From Octopus vulgaris (Eukaryota), in the NCBI GenBank assembly GCA_951406725.2, contig OX597827.1, positions 83,700,001 to 83,764,000 on the forward strand: a stretch of 64,000 nucleotides of DNA. The letters are read 5' to 3'. The translations under genes were made by a program, and so were the position numbers. How positions within the stretch are numbered: the stretch's first letter is position 1; every line of letters starts with the position of its first letter. Below are positions 12,357-24,050 of the stretch, one piece after another. The notes below the pieces were generated by a model. The model did not search any database, had not been told where the DNA came from, and saw nothing but the letters and a program-made list of their open reading frames with translations.

Positions 12357-12785
12357 TTACATTGCCTTATAAACCCCAACTACTGCTGGTCTGACAGTTC
12401 GATTATGCAGCTTGTAGCCTAATTTTGTGAGGGTTGCTACTGTCCCTGCTTCTTTGCCCTCACAACTCACTTCAAACATGGCTTCATGGAGGTAGGGGTC
12501 AAATTTGTCCCCTTCTTTTGGTATGATCTGTTCAATGGCATGTTTATTAAACACTTTCTGCAGTTGGATCTCCGTCATGCTTAATCCTTCAAATAAATCT
12601 TTTAGATGCTGGTTCATCTCTAATTCTTCCTTTGGGACTGATTCAGTAGCTTTGGTCAAAATGTCTGCCACCTCAAAGAGGTCTCGACAGAAGCCCTGGA
12701 TGCTGAATAGTTTGGCATCTTGGATCTGTTTATTCATCCTCATTCGAACGTTTTCACTTTCTGCCAAAGCCAACAAGTATTTGTC
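12357..12785 (-). CDS. grpE: Mitochondrial GrpE exon 3 (core domain to stop)
   Basis: tttttgacag| acceptor, then DKYLLALAESENVRMR...FSIQGFCRDLFEVADIL...GDKFDPYLHEAMF...LGYKLHNRTVRPAVVGV. These are hallmark GrpE motifs (FDP..HEA, GY.L..R..RPA.V). TAA stop at 12357-12359. Confidence 0.96.
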   Translation of the reverse strand, partial: DKYLLALAESENVRMRMNKQIQDAKLFSIQGFCRDLFEVADILTKATESVPKEELEMNQHLKDLFEGLSMTEIQLQKVFNKHAIEQIIPKEGDKFDPYLHEAMFEVSCEGKEAGTVATLTKLGYKLHNRTVRPAVVGVYKAM

Positions 12786-12848
12786 CTGTCAAAAAGAAAC
12801 AATTAAAAGCAATAATAATTAATATATTCACGAAGTAATTAAAAAATA

Positions 12849-13002
12849 CATTAAGTCTTTTGCTACATTAATTAATACACTTCATTAAGTCTTTTGCTAC
12901 ATTAATTAATACACTTCATTAAGTCTTTTGCTACATTAATTAATACACTTCATTAAGTCTTTAGCTACATTAATTAATACACTTCATTAAGTCTTTAGCT
13001 AC
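12849..13002. repeat. 34-bp minisatellite, about 4.5 copies, in GrpE intron 2
   Basis: Unit CATTAAGTCTTT(T/A)GCTACATTAATTAATACACTT. Confidence 0.95.
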
Positions 13003-14009
13003 CCTTATCATCATCGGTTTAACTTCTGCTTTTCCATCCCTGCATGGGTCAGATGAGACTAACCCAGCTTAATCAAACAACAAACAACCCGGACATTCCT
13101 TCATGGAAGACTATAAACATGGGGCATCGTCTGGATGAACAATAAATAGGTGTGGGCCCACCACAGCCTTGTGAGTGGATTTCATAGATGGAAACTGAAA
13201 GAAGCCAGTTGTGTGTGAGTGCGCGCGTGCATGTATATGTATGCATGTGTGTGGATGCACGCATACCGTTTAATGTGCACTGTATTAAATAAAATAAGAA
13301 CTACTAAGAGTCTCTTGGCATTGAGACACAGGGTCAGAGCATGAGGATTGCTTGGAAAGACAAGGCATATTATAGAAATTTGCCTAAGAAAATGTGTTAA
13401 TGACAAGGAACTATTGTAGCTTTTATTTCAATAGAGTCCACATTAAATGATGAGTGTGTGTGTGTGTGTGTGTGTGTGCATGCGTGTATTCTTGTCTTGA
13501 AACCAAGCGATGCCTGTGAATGCTCACGAGCATCGTACAAACAATTTCTAGTCTTCTGCCCCTCACCCCGAAGGGATGGGGGGGGGGGAAGGAGAGGATA
13601 TTACATTGCTTTAAAACAGGTGAGAGTTGGTAACAGGAAAGGCACCCTGCTGTAGAAAATCAGTCTCAAGATTATTCGATGTGAGCCATGAAGAAAATGG
13701 AGATTCTAAGATGATGACACTTTTGTCATCACAATCAGTTCACACACAAATATATACACTGACACACATCGTTTTCTTTGTTCAGTCATTAGACTATGGC
13801 CATGCTGGAGCACCACCTTGTTTCAGTCATTAGACTGTGGCCATGCTGGAGCACCACCAATTTTTAGGTGAATGAACCAATTGCAGTACTTATTCTATTG
13901 GTCTTTTTTTGCCAACCAGCTAAGTTACAAGGGACATAAACACACCAACACTGGTCGCCAAGTGGTGATAGGGGGACAAACACAGACACAAATAGACACA
14001 CACATACAT

Positions 14010-14172
14010 ATGATGGGCTTCTTTCAATTTCCATCCACCAAATCCACTCACATTGCTTTGGTCAGCCTGAGGCTATAGTAGAAGACACTTGCCCAAGGTG
14101 CCTTGAAGTGGGACCGAACCTGGAACCATGTGGTTGGGAGGCAAGCTTCTTACCACACAGCCATACCTGCAC
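14010..14172 (-). mobile_element. tRNA-derived SINE, family C (related copies at about 2110-2272, 8703-8945, 45045-45135)
   Basis: TGGCTGTGTGG A box and GGTTCGGTCCC B box; body CCTTGGGCAAGTGTCTTCTACTATAGCC...GTGAGTGGATTTGGT.GA.GGAAA.TGAAAGAAGCCC. Confidence 0.75.
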
Positions 14173-14360
14173 CCATATATACAGGCATGCATATATAGAA
14201 GGGCTTTTTCTAGTTTCCATCTGACAAGGTTGACCAATACCTTGTCATCAGTTTCAAGGTATTGTTCAAGCCCTGGCTATAGTACAGAACATCAGCTGAC
14301 CTCATAACAATAAAGGTCAACTGAAAAGTGACCAGTGGCTATAATAACAACAATAACTAC

Positions 14361-14529
14361 CTTCATTTTCTTTACATTTTCTGTTAATTTCTTATTTTCT
14401 TCCAGCAACTCCTTATTCAGTTCATTATGTACAGCATCTGCAGCCCCAGGAGGGGGTGCAGCTGTTGTGGTGTTGCTTCCTTCAGCGACTTTATTAGATT
14501 CAGCTGCAGCGGAAAACTGACGACCAATT
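14361..14529 (-). CDS. grpE: Mitochondrial GrpE exon 2
   Basis: tttcag| acceptor and |gtagtt donor; 169 nt (phase 2 to 0). Encodes IGRQFSAAAESNKVAEG...ELNKELLEENKKLTENVKKMK, the start of the GrpE coiled coil, in frame with DKYLLALAE. Confidence 0.9.
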
Positions 14530-14808
14530 CTGAAAGTAAAACCATCATAAATTAGTGTTCATTAACCTTTGACGAGAGGAGGTCAGTGTGGTATGGGTTT
14601 CATATATTGGCTACGGTCAGCAGGTCACCCCACCACCCACAAATCATGAAAAATTCTTTTCCAATTCACCTTTTACATTTTAAAAAACTGTTTTTCTTAT
14701 ATCTCTAAAGATAAATGACGAATACTCTGCAGTAATAACAATATAACTGAAACGAACAGCAGTAACAACAACAATCTTTTAAGAACCAACAACCCAAACT
14801 CTAAACAT

Positions 14809-15327
14809 TATTTACATTTGACGGATATTTGTCCTTATCTTGTTTGTTGTAAACACAATGTTTCGGCTGATACACCCTCCAGCTTTCATCAGGTGTCTTG
14901 GAGAAATTTCAAACCTAGTTTCTCATTCCTAAGGTATTTTTCAATGTTGTTATCATTATTATTATGTAGGTCACTGCCTGGAATCGAACTTGGAATCTTG
15001 GGGTTAGTAGCCCGGGCTCTTAACCACTACGCCATATGCCAGTGGGCATATGGCATAGTGGTTAACAGCGCAGGCTACTAACCCCAAGATTCCAAGTTCG
15101 ATTCCAGGCAGTGACCTACATAATAATAATAATGATAACAACAACAACAACAACATCCAAAAATACCTTAGGAATGAGAACCCAGGTTCGAAATTTCCCC
15201 AAGACACCTGATGAAGGCTGGAAGGTATATCAGCCAAAATGTTGTGATAACAACAAATAAGTAGAGGACAAATATCTGTCAAATGTAAATATTGTAAATG
15301 ATTCCTCATCTCTTAAATACAGAACTG
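14809..15327. mobile_element. Head-to-head inverted pair of tRNA-derived SINE-like elements, each carrying a hammerhead motif
   Basis: Arms 14809-15040 (-) and 15045-15327 (+). Each has A box TGGC(A/G)TAGTGG, B box GTTCGATTCC and a CTGATGA...(G/A)AAA core (14852-14897 and 15203-15248). Confidence 0.8.
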
Positions 15328-16111
15328 GATTATCAAACTGTAAACTTTGAACGCTCAACACATGAACTGTGGAACTAGCATGAACTACCTCACTTACTCA
15401 AACCCCTATTTTGTATGCAGTGGTCCAGTCCATTCTTGCTGGGGGTGGAGGTGTACTCTTGCACAACAGTTTTGACAGTCATATTTTCACAAAATTGTAT
15501 TGGGTGTTGGGTGGGGTGGTGAGAGGTGCAATGTGGCCTATTTGATGTAGAGTGTGTACATGTGAGGTGAGTTGTCAAGGGAGTATCAGAGAAAGTAGCA
15601 GGTATAAGTGGAGAATGATTAAAGGGGTCACAATGTGGTGGAAGAATAGGAAGGCGTTAAAAAAATTATAACTAATAGTGATGATGATGATGTTATCCAC
15701 TCTAAAAGACTCCTTCTTCCTGTCCTCTCTGTTTCCATTTCTTAACTTCAATCCACACAACAACCCCACAAAGTGCATCACAGACTTTAGGTCTCTTCTT
15801 AACCATTTCTGACAGACTTCCATCTGTGACTCACAGCCCTACTGTCTCCTCTACTGCCACTGTAATGACCTCTGCTCCTCACAGCCAGTCCACCCTGTAC
15901 CATCTCCACCCAGTCTATACTGTGTACCCCTCCTCCATCTCTCAAACTAATCACAAGGTCCAACTCTTTGCCCTCTTCACACTAGAATTCCCTCAGAACC
16001 AACACTTGTCCAGCAATCAGCATCTTGAATCAACTCCATCGGGATTCCACATCTGACTCCTGCCACAAAATTATTGAAATATAACAAAGTTGCAACAAAC
16101 GATATTTAGTG

Positions 16112-16155
<44 letters not shown>

Positions 16156-16783
16156 CAACTTTCTAACACACGACACACATATAAACCTTCATACACACAC
16201 ACATGGACACACTTTCAAAAAGTTTCCCTCAAACAAATTCCATTCAAAAGATATCAGCCAATTCACAGCTCGAGATAGAGATCTGTATTCTGTTAACTGA
16301 TAGTGTACAGGGGATATATATATATATATACATACATCAGGCGATATATGTAAGATTTAGATTTAAATTAAGATATAATTTTATATCGTAGGAAGTTTAG
16401 AGGTGAACTAAGGGAGACAATCGCTACAACGGTCACAGGCAGAGTTATCTTTCTTGGTACAGACTTGCAGTGACTCCTGGCAATGGAATTGTTCGGCCTT
16501 GAAGGCCACAACATATTCATTCTACTTTGTTGACATAAAATGTCTATGCTGTGAATAAAGCCAATAGAAATAGTAGCTAATATCTCCCTCAAATTACACT
16601 GTTATCTTACAACATACACTAGATATGGTGTAGGGTGTAGTGTGGCTAGGATTAGGACAGGATGGATTGTTTTTGATCAGCAAGGGTTGGCCTGGGGCTA
16701 AACAAAAACAACAACAGAAGATGATCACAAGTCTAATATTGCACAATAACAGAGAGGGGTGAGAAGGAGAGAGAGAGAGGGAG

Positions 16784-16840
<57 letters not shown>

Positions 16841-19800
16841 AAACGTGGAAATGGAGCAGAGAAATTTTGTGTTGTTAAAAATGAGTTTGTAGAATGTAAA
16901 GTAAGGAAGAGTAGAGAAGATAATCGCAGAGATCATAGGCTTGCTAAATTAGGATGAACCTAGGACTGAACAACAACAATGCTTAGTGAGTGTAATAGGT
17001 AGATGGAAACTATGCTGAAGCTTGTCGTATGTAAATGTCAATTCAATATGCTGTCATTTAAGCAAGAAGTGGTGATGATATTGTTTCTGCAGGGCACAAA
17101 TGCCTCTCCATGAGAGAATCAGTGAAATAAAGAGCAAGAATGGTTTGGAGAGCAAAAGAGTCTCCGGCTGCAGGAGAGATGTGCTTCAATAAAATCGAAC
17201 AGAATTTATGCCAGGAAAATGGAGATAAATGGTTTTATATATGAAAGGGGGTAATGAAAAAAAGAGAGGAAATGATCATAGTTTGGATTTGCTATGGTTG
17301 GTCATGAGTGGACTGATGTTCACAAGAATAGCTGACCCAGAACAGACTAGCTGAACTTAACATTTTCTGTGAGCCTTAATGAGAAACAATATGTGAGGAT
17401 CAATCAGTTTATTTGGTGAAAAACATTTAACAAAAGAAACAAGGGTTTTGTAAGTCTTTAACAAAAGTATCCTACAATGCAACCATTTATTATATATTCG
17501 CTGGCATTTTAAAGATTTAGTTTCACCAGCAATTTCCAGATTCTTGTTGACTGAGGATTTTGATGTGGTGAAACAATGACTTTGTCTCTCATGTGATTAA
17601 CAGAGAGGTCAGAGGTCAGCAAAGTAGAGGTCAGTCGTCCAGAGGGTGTTATGTCTTTCATTAGGACTGTCTCAATTTGGGTATTTGACAGGTGATGAGG
17701 AATGTTAATTAATTTAACCTGGATCCACTTTTGGTTTCTATTTATTATTAGGGTCTAAACCCCCCAAGTAAAACATCTTCAAACTGAGACAACCACCCAG
17801 GCAAAGAATGTCCTGTTGATGACCGATTCCATTTCTACAATGAAGGGCAAGCATTATTTATGTCCACAGAGCTGGACCCCTTCCACACTCTCTCTAGCTA
17901 TCTGTCAAACTCAAACTTTCCTTCCCCTTGCTTCGTTTCTTACTGGGGGAGCCAAGGATCTCTTCTATAAGACACCCTTGTCTATCCCCCTTTCATACTT
18001 TAAGCTCTCAACTGGCACAGAGCTACTTCTCTTCCGTTCCAGCTGAAAGGTCTTTGCATTGCAAGTTACTCGGTGACCCTGTTGGTGTTGGTGCCATATA
18101 AAAAGCAACTAGCATAATCTGTGGGGTGGTTGGCGTTAGGAAGAGCATCCGGCTGTAGAAACTATTCCAAAGCAGACACTGGAACCTGGTGCAGCTGTCC
18201 AGCCAGCGAGGGAAATGGATGATGATGAGAGTTCCATCGACAGGTTCTTCCTGGTCATGTCCAGTCAAAATATTGTTTTTCTTTCAAACTGGCCAGATCT
18301 GGTTTCTCACACCTATCCTACAATGTCATTCTAAAAGTAAACATTCACATCATCAAAATCTCAAAGCTTTGAGATAACGCACAATTAATTCAAAACAATG
18401 TAACTAAATAAGCATTTTCATTTGACAGAATAAAGTGAATGCGGAAGGATTAACCAAAATTATTGTCCTCGAAACTCCGTTGGAGACATCATACTGTGGA
18501 CGTGATAGGAAACATTCACTCTTTATCCTTAAAACATAGACAAGTAGAAGAAGTCATCAGATGAGGGTGGATGAGTTTTGAAGTTGATACAGAGACATAG
18601 AAATAGTTGTGGGGACTTGATAAGTTTGGTTTAAGAAAGAGGGGAGAATCCTGGTTTTAATTCCAAACATATGAGACACTCCTCACTGCTTAGTGCTCCC
18701 TGCTCTGTAATTTACTGACGGTGAGCTGCCAGTCACTGTACGGTGACTGGAAAAGCAGAAGAGAGGTAATCTCTTCATTCAGCTCGCAGTGTTGTCTGTG
18801 GCCGATGAGGAGAAAACTACTCTTACTAAAAGTCATGGGTGGCATTCAAGTGGCGCCGGCAATGACCACAACTACGATGGACAGGTCCCGTTTACATGGC
18901 ACCAGCATGGCCACAACTACGATTTCACTTGGCCTGGTGAGTCTTCTCACACATAGCACATCACCAGAGATCATGGTCACTTGTCATCACCTCCATGAGG
19001 CCCCACATTCAAAGAGCATGCTTCATCACCTCATCCCATGTCTTCCTCGGTTTACCTTTTCCATAGGTTCCTTCCACAGCTGCCCTCCTCCATCCTGCTT
19101 GTCAATCAGTGTGGGACATGGCCAAAAAGTCAAAAGGTTCCCCATTTGCTAACAGTCTGTTTGGTAGGGGTGGTGGCCGACCAAAGTTTTTTGGTCGAGA
19201 GAAGAAGACACCTGAAAGTGTCATTGCAGAAGCCTCAGTTTAGATGAGGAGAAGGGTTTCAGGTAAGTCTGGCAAAAGAGAAAGTTGAGGGAAAAAAACC
19301 GTTTTTAGAGTTGAGTAACCAAACGAGCCTGGTAATTACTGTGGTTGTTCAGTATTGCTAATTAATGGGTAATTAACAAGGATTTTAATCTTTTTGGTTC
19401 AAGTTTCACTGAATTATTCTGTTTTAAATTCCTGGATGTTTGAAGAAGAAATATTGTCCATTCTTGTAGTGGCTGAAATACAGTCAGGTCATTGTTGCTT
19501 CACAAGAATTTTACCAAAGACAGCAACATCAAGAGAGACAGGTGTAAATTCCGTTAAGATGTTGCTCTGGTTGTTAAGTATGGCATCACCCTTTAGAAAG
19601 TATGTACTCCCATCAGTTTCGAAACCAGAGTATCTCTTATTTGGGGGGAGGGGAATCTGAGGGTTTGTGGCAATGATGTCCCATTGATAAATCCCTGAAG
19701 ATGTTCAATATTAAGGAGGAGACAGGTGTAGAGAGATCAGTAAAACAGTTGTGGTTTTTTGTTTGTGAATGGTTGATGACATTGTGCTGTTTCTTGTAGT

Positions 19801-22272
19801 CAGAATGGAGAGGTTGGGCAGTTGGCGAACATCAAGACGTGACTCCTTCTCCTCCTCCTCCTCTTCACCGCCTTCGTTATCATTCAGTTAATACATTCCT
19901 GATGTGTCACCTGAAATGTTTGTAAACTGAAACTATTTTCCCTAAAGGAAATTCAAGTGAAAACCTAACAAATCCGAGCAGGGTCTGGTGTACTGAGTGG
20001 AAGCCAGGCAACAACTGATGCTCTCTTGCTGATACAGCCAGCTTGTTTGTTCGTTAGTCAAGACACAAGTTCATCACCCAAGATATTGGTGAGAAGCTGT
20101 TGTAATCTGAGGATCGACGGCAGAACTATTCTTTTAGTTTCTGAACCAAAACAGAAAACTGGTATTAAATGACCGCACAGCAGTTGTGGGTGTGCAGGAA
20201 GTAATAAGGGGCCTGTGCCTCACTGTAAAAGACAAACGGTACGACGATGGTTCGATATTGCATTTTAGCAGGTCATGGCCTTAAATGTGGAAGATTTGGC
20301 AGAAAAGAAATGCAGGAAATCTGCTTCAGTGGATGTGAAATATTGGTGAGAATGAATGAGAGAGGAGGAATGAGTTGAGAGAATAAAAAAGAGAAATGAT
20401 ATGTGAAAGAAAGAAGCCTGTGATTGAATGAGTTGCGAGGGGAGTGAGAGGACCCTCAAAATGGTAGGAATCAAAAGAAATAATGAACAACCATTATTTT
20501 AAATGATTACCTGAAAAATATAAGAGGGAAATGGACATGGGTAGAGTATGTTTGATCATGGAGCTGCTGGATGAGAGCTGACCTGGGGTTAAATAACAAC
20601 TCATCTCAGGTAATGAGGAATCCTCTAGGTGGTCATATGGTTTGCTAGAAATAGACATAAATCTCCACCTAAAGAAAACAGCTGTTGTTGTTTAGCCATT
20701 GGTCAACTTTGATCCAGTACCGCAATCCATTCATGACTATCCCATCTAATTACCAAGAGTGATGTGCCCCACACTACATTATTCATGATATCTTTTAACT
20801 GAAACCATGGTAGGATGTAACGTAAGGAAGATTAGGGCTTAAAAACGACGATAAGGTTATGGCTGGATAGGTTTTAAAAGACGAGATGACCACAACTGGA
20901 ACGCTCTGAAAAGTTGGGATGGTCACGGTTGAAACGCTTAAAAGGACACATTTTCACGCATTCGAGCATCTGCGACTACGTGAAAATGAATCAGATATGT
21001 TTGAAAATGATTTTCAGAGAATTTCAAATAAAAAAAACTGAAAGGCGTAGAAATGGCTGAGTGACCCTTAGCGCCTGGTCACGATTTACAGAATGAGATC
21101 AAGTTGATAATCGGACATTAAGGGAAAAAAACAACGAAGTGTCTCGGTTCGAAACCCATCCCAAACTACTGGAAAGGCCATTGTGGGGTCTATGCCGACA
21201 GCGAGATAATAATTTGGTTTGGGGCCGAAGTGGGTGGGTGTTAGGGTTGCGACGGTGAACGGGGAAATACGGCCACAGAATGAGACAATTAATTAAAATA
21301 TAAATAAAGGAGTTGTAACCAACAATGACGACACGATTTATAGAAACACCAAGGAATGGAAATAAAACCACTTTTAAAAGAACGATATTAATGAAATAAA
21401 TCTACAACAACATAAAATAGTTTTGAGATATTTTTTCTGGAATTAGTCAGACATGGATAATTCGAGAAATACACGTGGTGGGCATTAAAATAATTAGGAA
21501 CTCCTGGAGCGGAGTGAGAGGCATTGAAGAAGAAACATCCTGATTTCATCATTCACTGAGGTCAACGATAGGACGGGTGGGGGGAGGGGCAGGTACTTGG
21601 GACGTTCACACCCTTTCTCAAGGGCACAAGTCACTGTGTATAATACAGGGTGTGTGTGTGTGTGTATGAACACACACAAAGAGGAGGGGGGGAGATAGTA
21701 TTACGTAAACAAATCTAAACACGCTGAGAAAAGAAAGGTTGGAAATAAGGGGTCAAAGAAGAAATATAATCTAAACCCTTTTTATAGGTGTAATTAGGGG
21801 ACAGGGAGGGAGGGAACCTTTAAATAAATAAAATCAGCAATGACCTTTAAATTGAACGAGAGCCTCCCCCCTCCCCCACGCCATGTGTTGGACATTGGTT
21901 TACACCTGCATTAATTAACATTCTACCTGTGTTAGACACCTGAGATAGATACGGTGGGGCGAGTTAGTTGCATGTTGTTATGTAACTCCTGACCAGTCAG
22001 AGTAAGCGTTCCAACAATGACCATCCCGTTTTCCATCGATGTCCTTCTTTGTTTAACCAGGTCAGCCCCGATTGACCAGACATATGATCAATGACGTTCC
22101 AACCGTGACGATCAAGTCTCTTCAGACACAGTACACCAAGGAATACATTATTTAATGTTCTCCTTGTTTTCTTTAAAGACAATAGGATGTGATTTGGTTG
22201 CTATTTCTAGCAGGTCGATCGGCTTGGTATGATGTCGGCAATGAAATGTGAATCGAAGGTTTGTGGACTTAC

Positions 22273-22376
22273 CTAATAAGTGTGAATCCGGGTGGATTTA
22301 GTTTGGTCGAGTTGAAGAAATATCGCGGGAGACGACGACAATTGAGAGAAACCCTGGACAACATGTAGGACGACAT
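22273..22376 (-). CDS. grpE: Mitochondrial GrpE (GRPEL/Mge1 family) exon 1, presequence
   Basis: ATG at 22376 gives MSSYMLSRVSLNCRRLPRYFFNSTKLNPPGFTLI(R): Arg/Ser/Leu-rich with no acidic residues, like a mitochondrial targeting peptide. Ends at AG|gtaagt donor, phase 2, matching the next exon. Confidence 0.85.
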
Positions 22377-22388
22377 GATGGGGAGAGA

Positions 22389-22402
22389 CGGAAGTGACGT
22401 CA
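22389..22402. promoter_or_regulatory. Overlapping ETS (GABP-type) and CRE site, CGGAAGTGACGTCA
   Basis: Exact GGAAGT plus palindromic TGACGTCA, 13 bp upstream of the GrpE ATG. Confidence 0.6.
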
Positions 22403-22634
22403 AACGTCACATGACTAACACTTGTCTCCCCTGAATGGTAATCTTCACCTGTTCATTCATTTTCCCTCTAAAGACACAGAAATTCCAATTTATTACAGTT
22501 AAATTGTTAAATAAATAAGGCGCCGAGTGAATATAACATCTCTCCGTATTTTTTTGTGACTGCTAAAAGCTTTGATTTCAAATCCTGCGGAGGTCAGCTT
22601 CACATTTTATTCCACGAGGGTTCATAAAATAAAG

Positions 22635-23059
22635 GGTCAAACGAAAGTGTTTGACCCGAAAGTAAGGTGTTTGGGCTGAGCAGAAAAAAAGAAGTGTAAT
22701 AGGTGTAAAACAACATGTAGTAAACGAATATGAAGAAAAACAATGCGCGCAGGCGAACGGGGAGGGGGGGGGGGCGAGGTAGAGGACTCGGAAAATTCCC
22801 AGGATCCGAAAACTCAACGTTAACACCCGTCACTAATTAAAAAAAAAAAATAGTGTACTAGGTGTAAAATAATGTGTAGTAAACGAATATGAAGAAAAAA
22901 GAATTTCATGGACGGATGGGGAAGTGATGAGAGGACTCGGAACATTCCCGGTGCGAATTTTCCGAGTCCCCCCCCCCCGTTCGCCAGCGCGCATTGTTTT
23001 TTCCATATTCGTTTACTACATGTCTTTTTTTTGCTCGGATCAAACACTTTAGTTTGATC
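22635..23059. mobile_element. MITE with long imperfect TIRs and 8-bp TSD, inserted into a SINE
   Basis: Ends GGTCAAACGAAAGTGTTTGACCCGA and TCGGATCAAACACTTTAGTTTGATC; AAATAAAG duplicated at 22627-22634 and 23060-23067. Confidence 0.75.
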
Positions 23060-23889
23060 AAATAAAGTACCAGTCAAGTACGGAGTTCGATTTAATCGAC
23101 AATCGACTTGTACCAACATGTAATGGGTTGTCATGGTAACAGCAGAAGCCAAATCCTACCATTGGGTATCGATGACATGTGAAGGGATACACCTGTTCAG
23201 GTACATAACTGTCGTCACACATCAACACCTGAGAATACAACCACTAACTCACACACACACACACACACACACACGCGCGTTCTCTCTCTCTCTCCCTCCT
23301 TCTTTCTCTATCTCTCATTCTCTCTCTCTCTCTCTCCCTCTAAAAGTGGCCTCATTAACAGAAGAAATACAATCTAATCCCTTTTATGGGTGTAATTAGG
23401 GGGCAGGGAGGCAGGGAACCTTTAAATAAATAAAATCAGCAATGACCCTTAAATTGAACGAGAGCCGTCCTCCCCCCACGTCATGTGTTGGACATTGGTT
23501 TACACCTTTATTAATTGACATTCTACCTGTGTTAGGCAGCTGAGATATATACGGTGAGGCGAGTTAGTTGCATGTTGTTATGAAACTCCTTGATGGAAAT
23601 GTCTTTTATAATCATTGTTTTAAAATACGGACTGCTCGAATTTGCCATTTACTTCTGTTTATAATTTCAAAATAATTTTCCAAACTAAAAGGTGTGAGAT
23701 TTAAGGAAGATTGAGCTGTTGTTTTTACCACCCCCACGACCACCTGATACCTTCCTCGGTTTTTGGTCACTTTGACATGTATTAATGTTTTTCAATATTT
23801 TTCTCTCCAGACATCAAATGGAATGACGATGCAGCCAAGGCTGGTCCATTGCTGGGATTTAAGCAAAAAAAAAAAGAAGTTTTTATAAA

Positions 23890-24050
23890 TACTTTCTCTC
23901 GGCCTTCACAATTGCACCAAGCGAGTGTGAGCGTGGATTTGTAAGGAAAAACATTTATCAACAGAAGAGCAGATTATTGAAATGAATTATCTTTTACATA
24001 CTTTTTAAAATCACTGTGAAAAAATCCTAAGCAATGACCTCACGCTCTCC
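23890..24050 (+). pseudogene. Possible hAT transposase dimerisation-domain remnant
   Basis: Translates to FTIAPSECERGF...KSRLL, resembling the CERxFS...R.RL motif; very short. Confidence 0.35.

Noticed and set aside
15045-15117. Bona fide tRNA gene
   Set aside because: Acceptor and anticodon stems pair poorly, and the sequence is fused to a repeat body in an inverted pair; treated as a SINE head.
17551-17580. Hammerhead CTGAGGA...GAAAC
   Set aside because: No stem II or stem I pairing.
21445-21556. C/D-box snoRNA in GrpE intron 1 (ATGATGA...CTGA on the minus strand)
   Set aside because: No convincing terminal stem or recognisable rRNA guide; such motifs are expected by chance.
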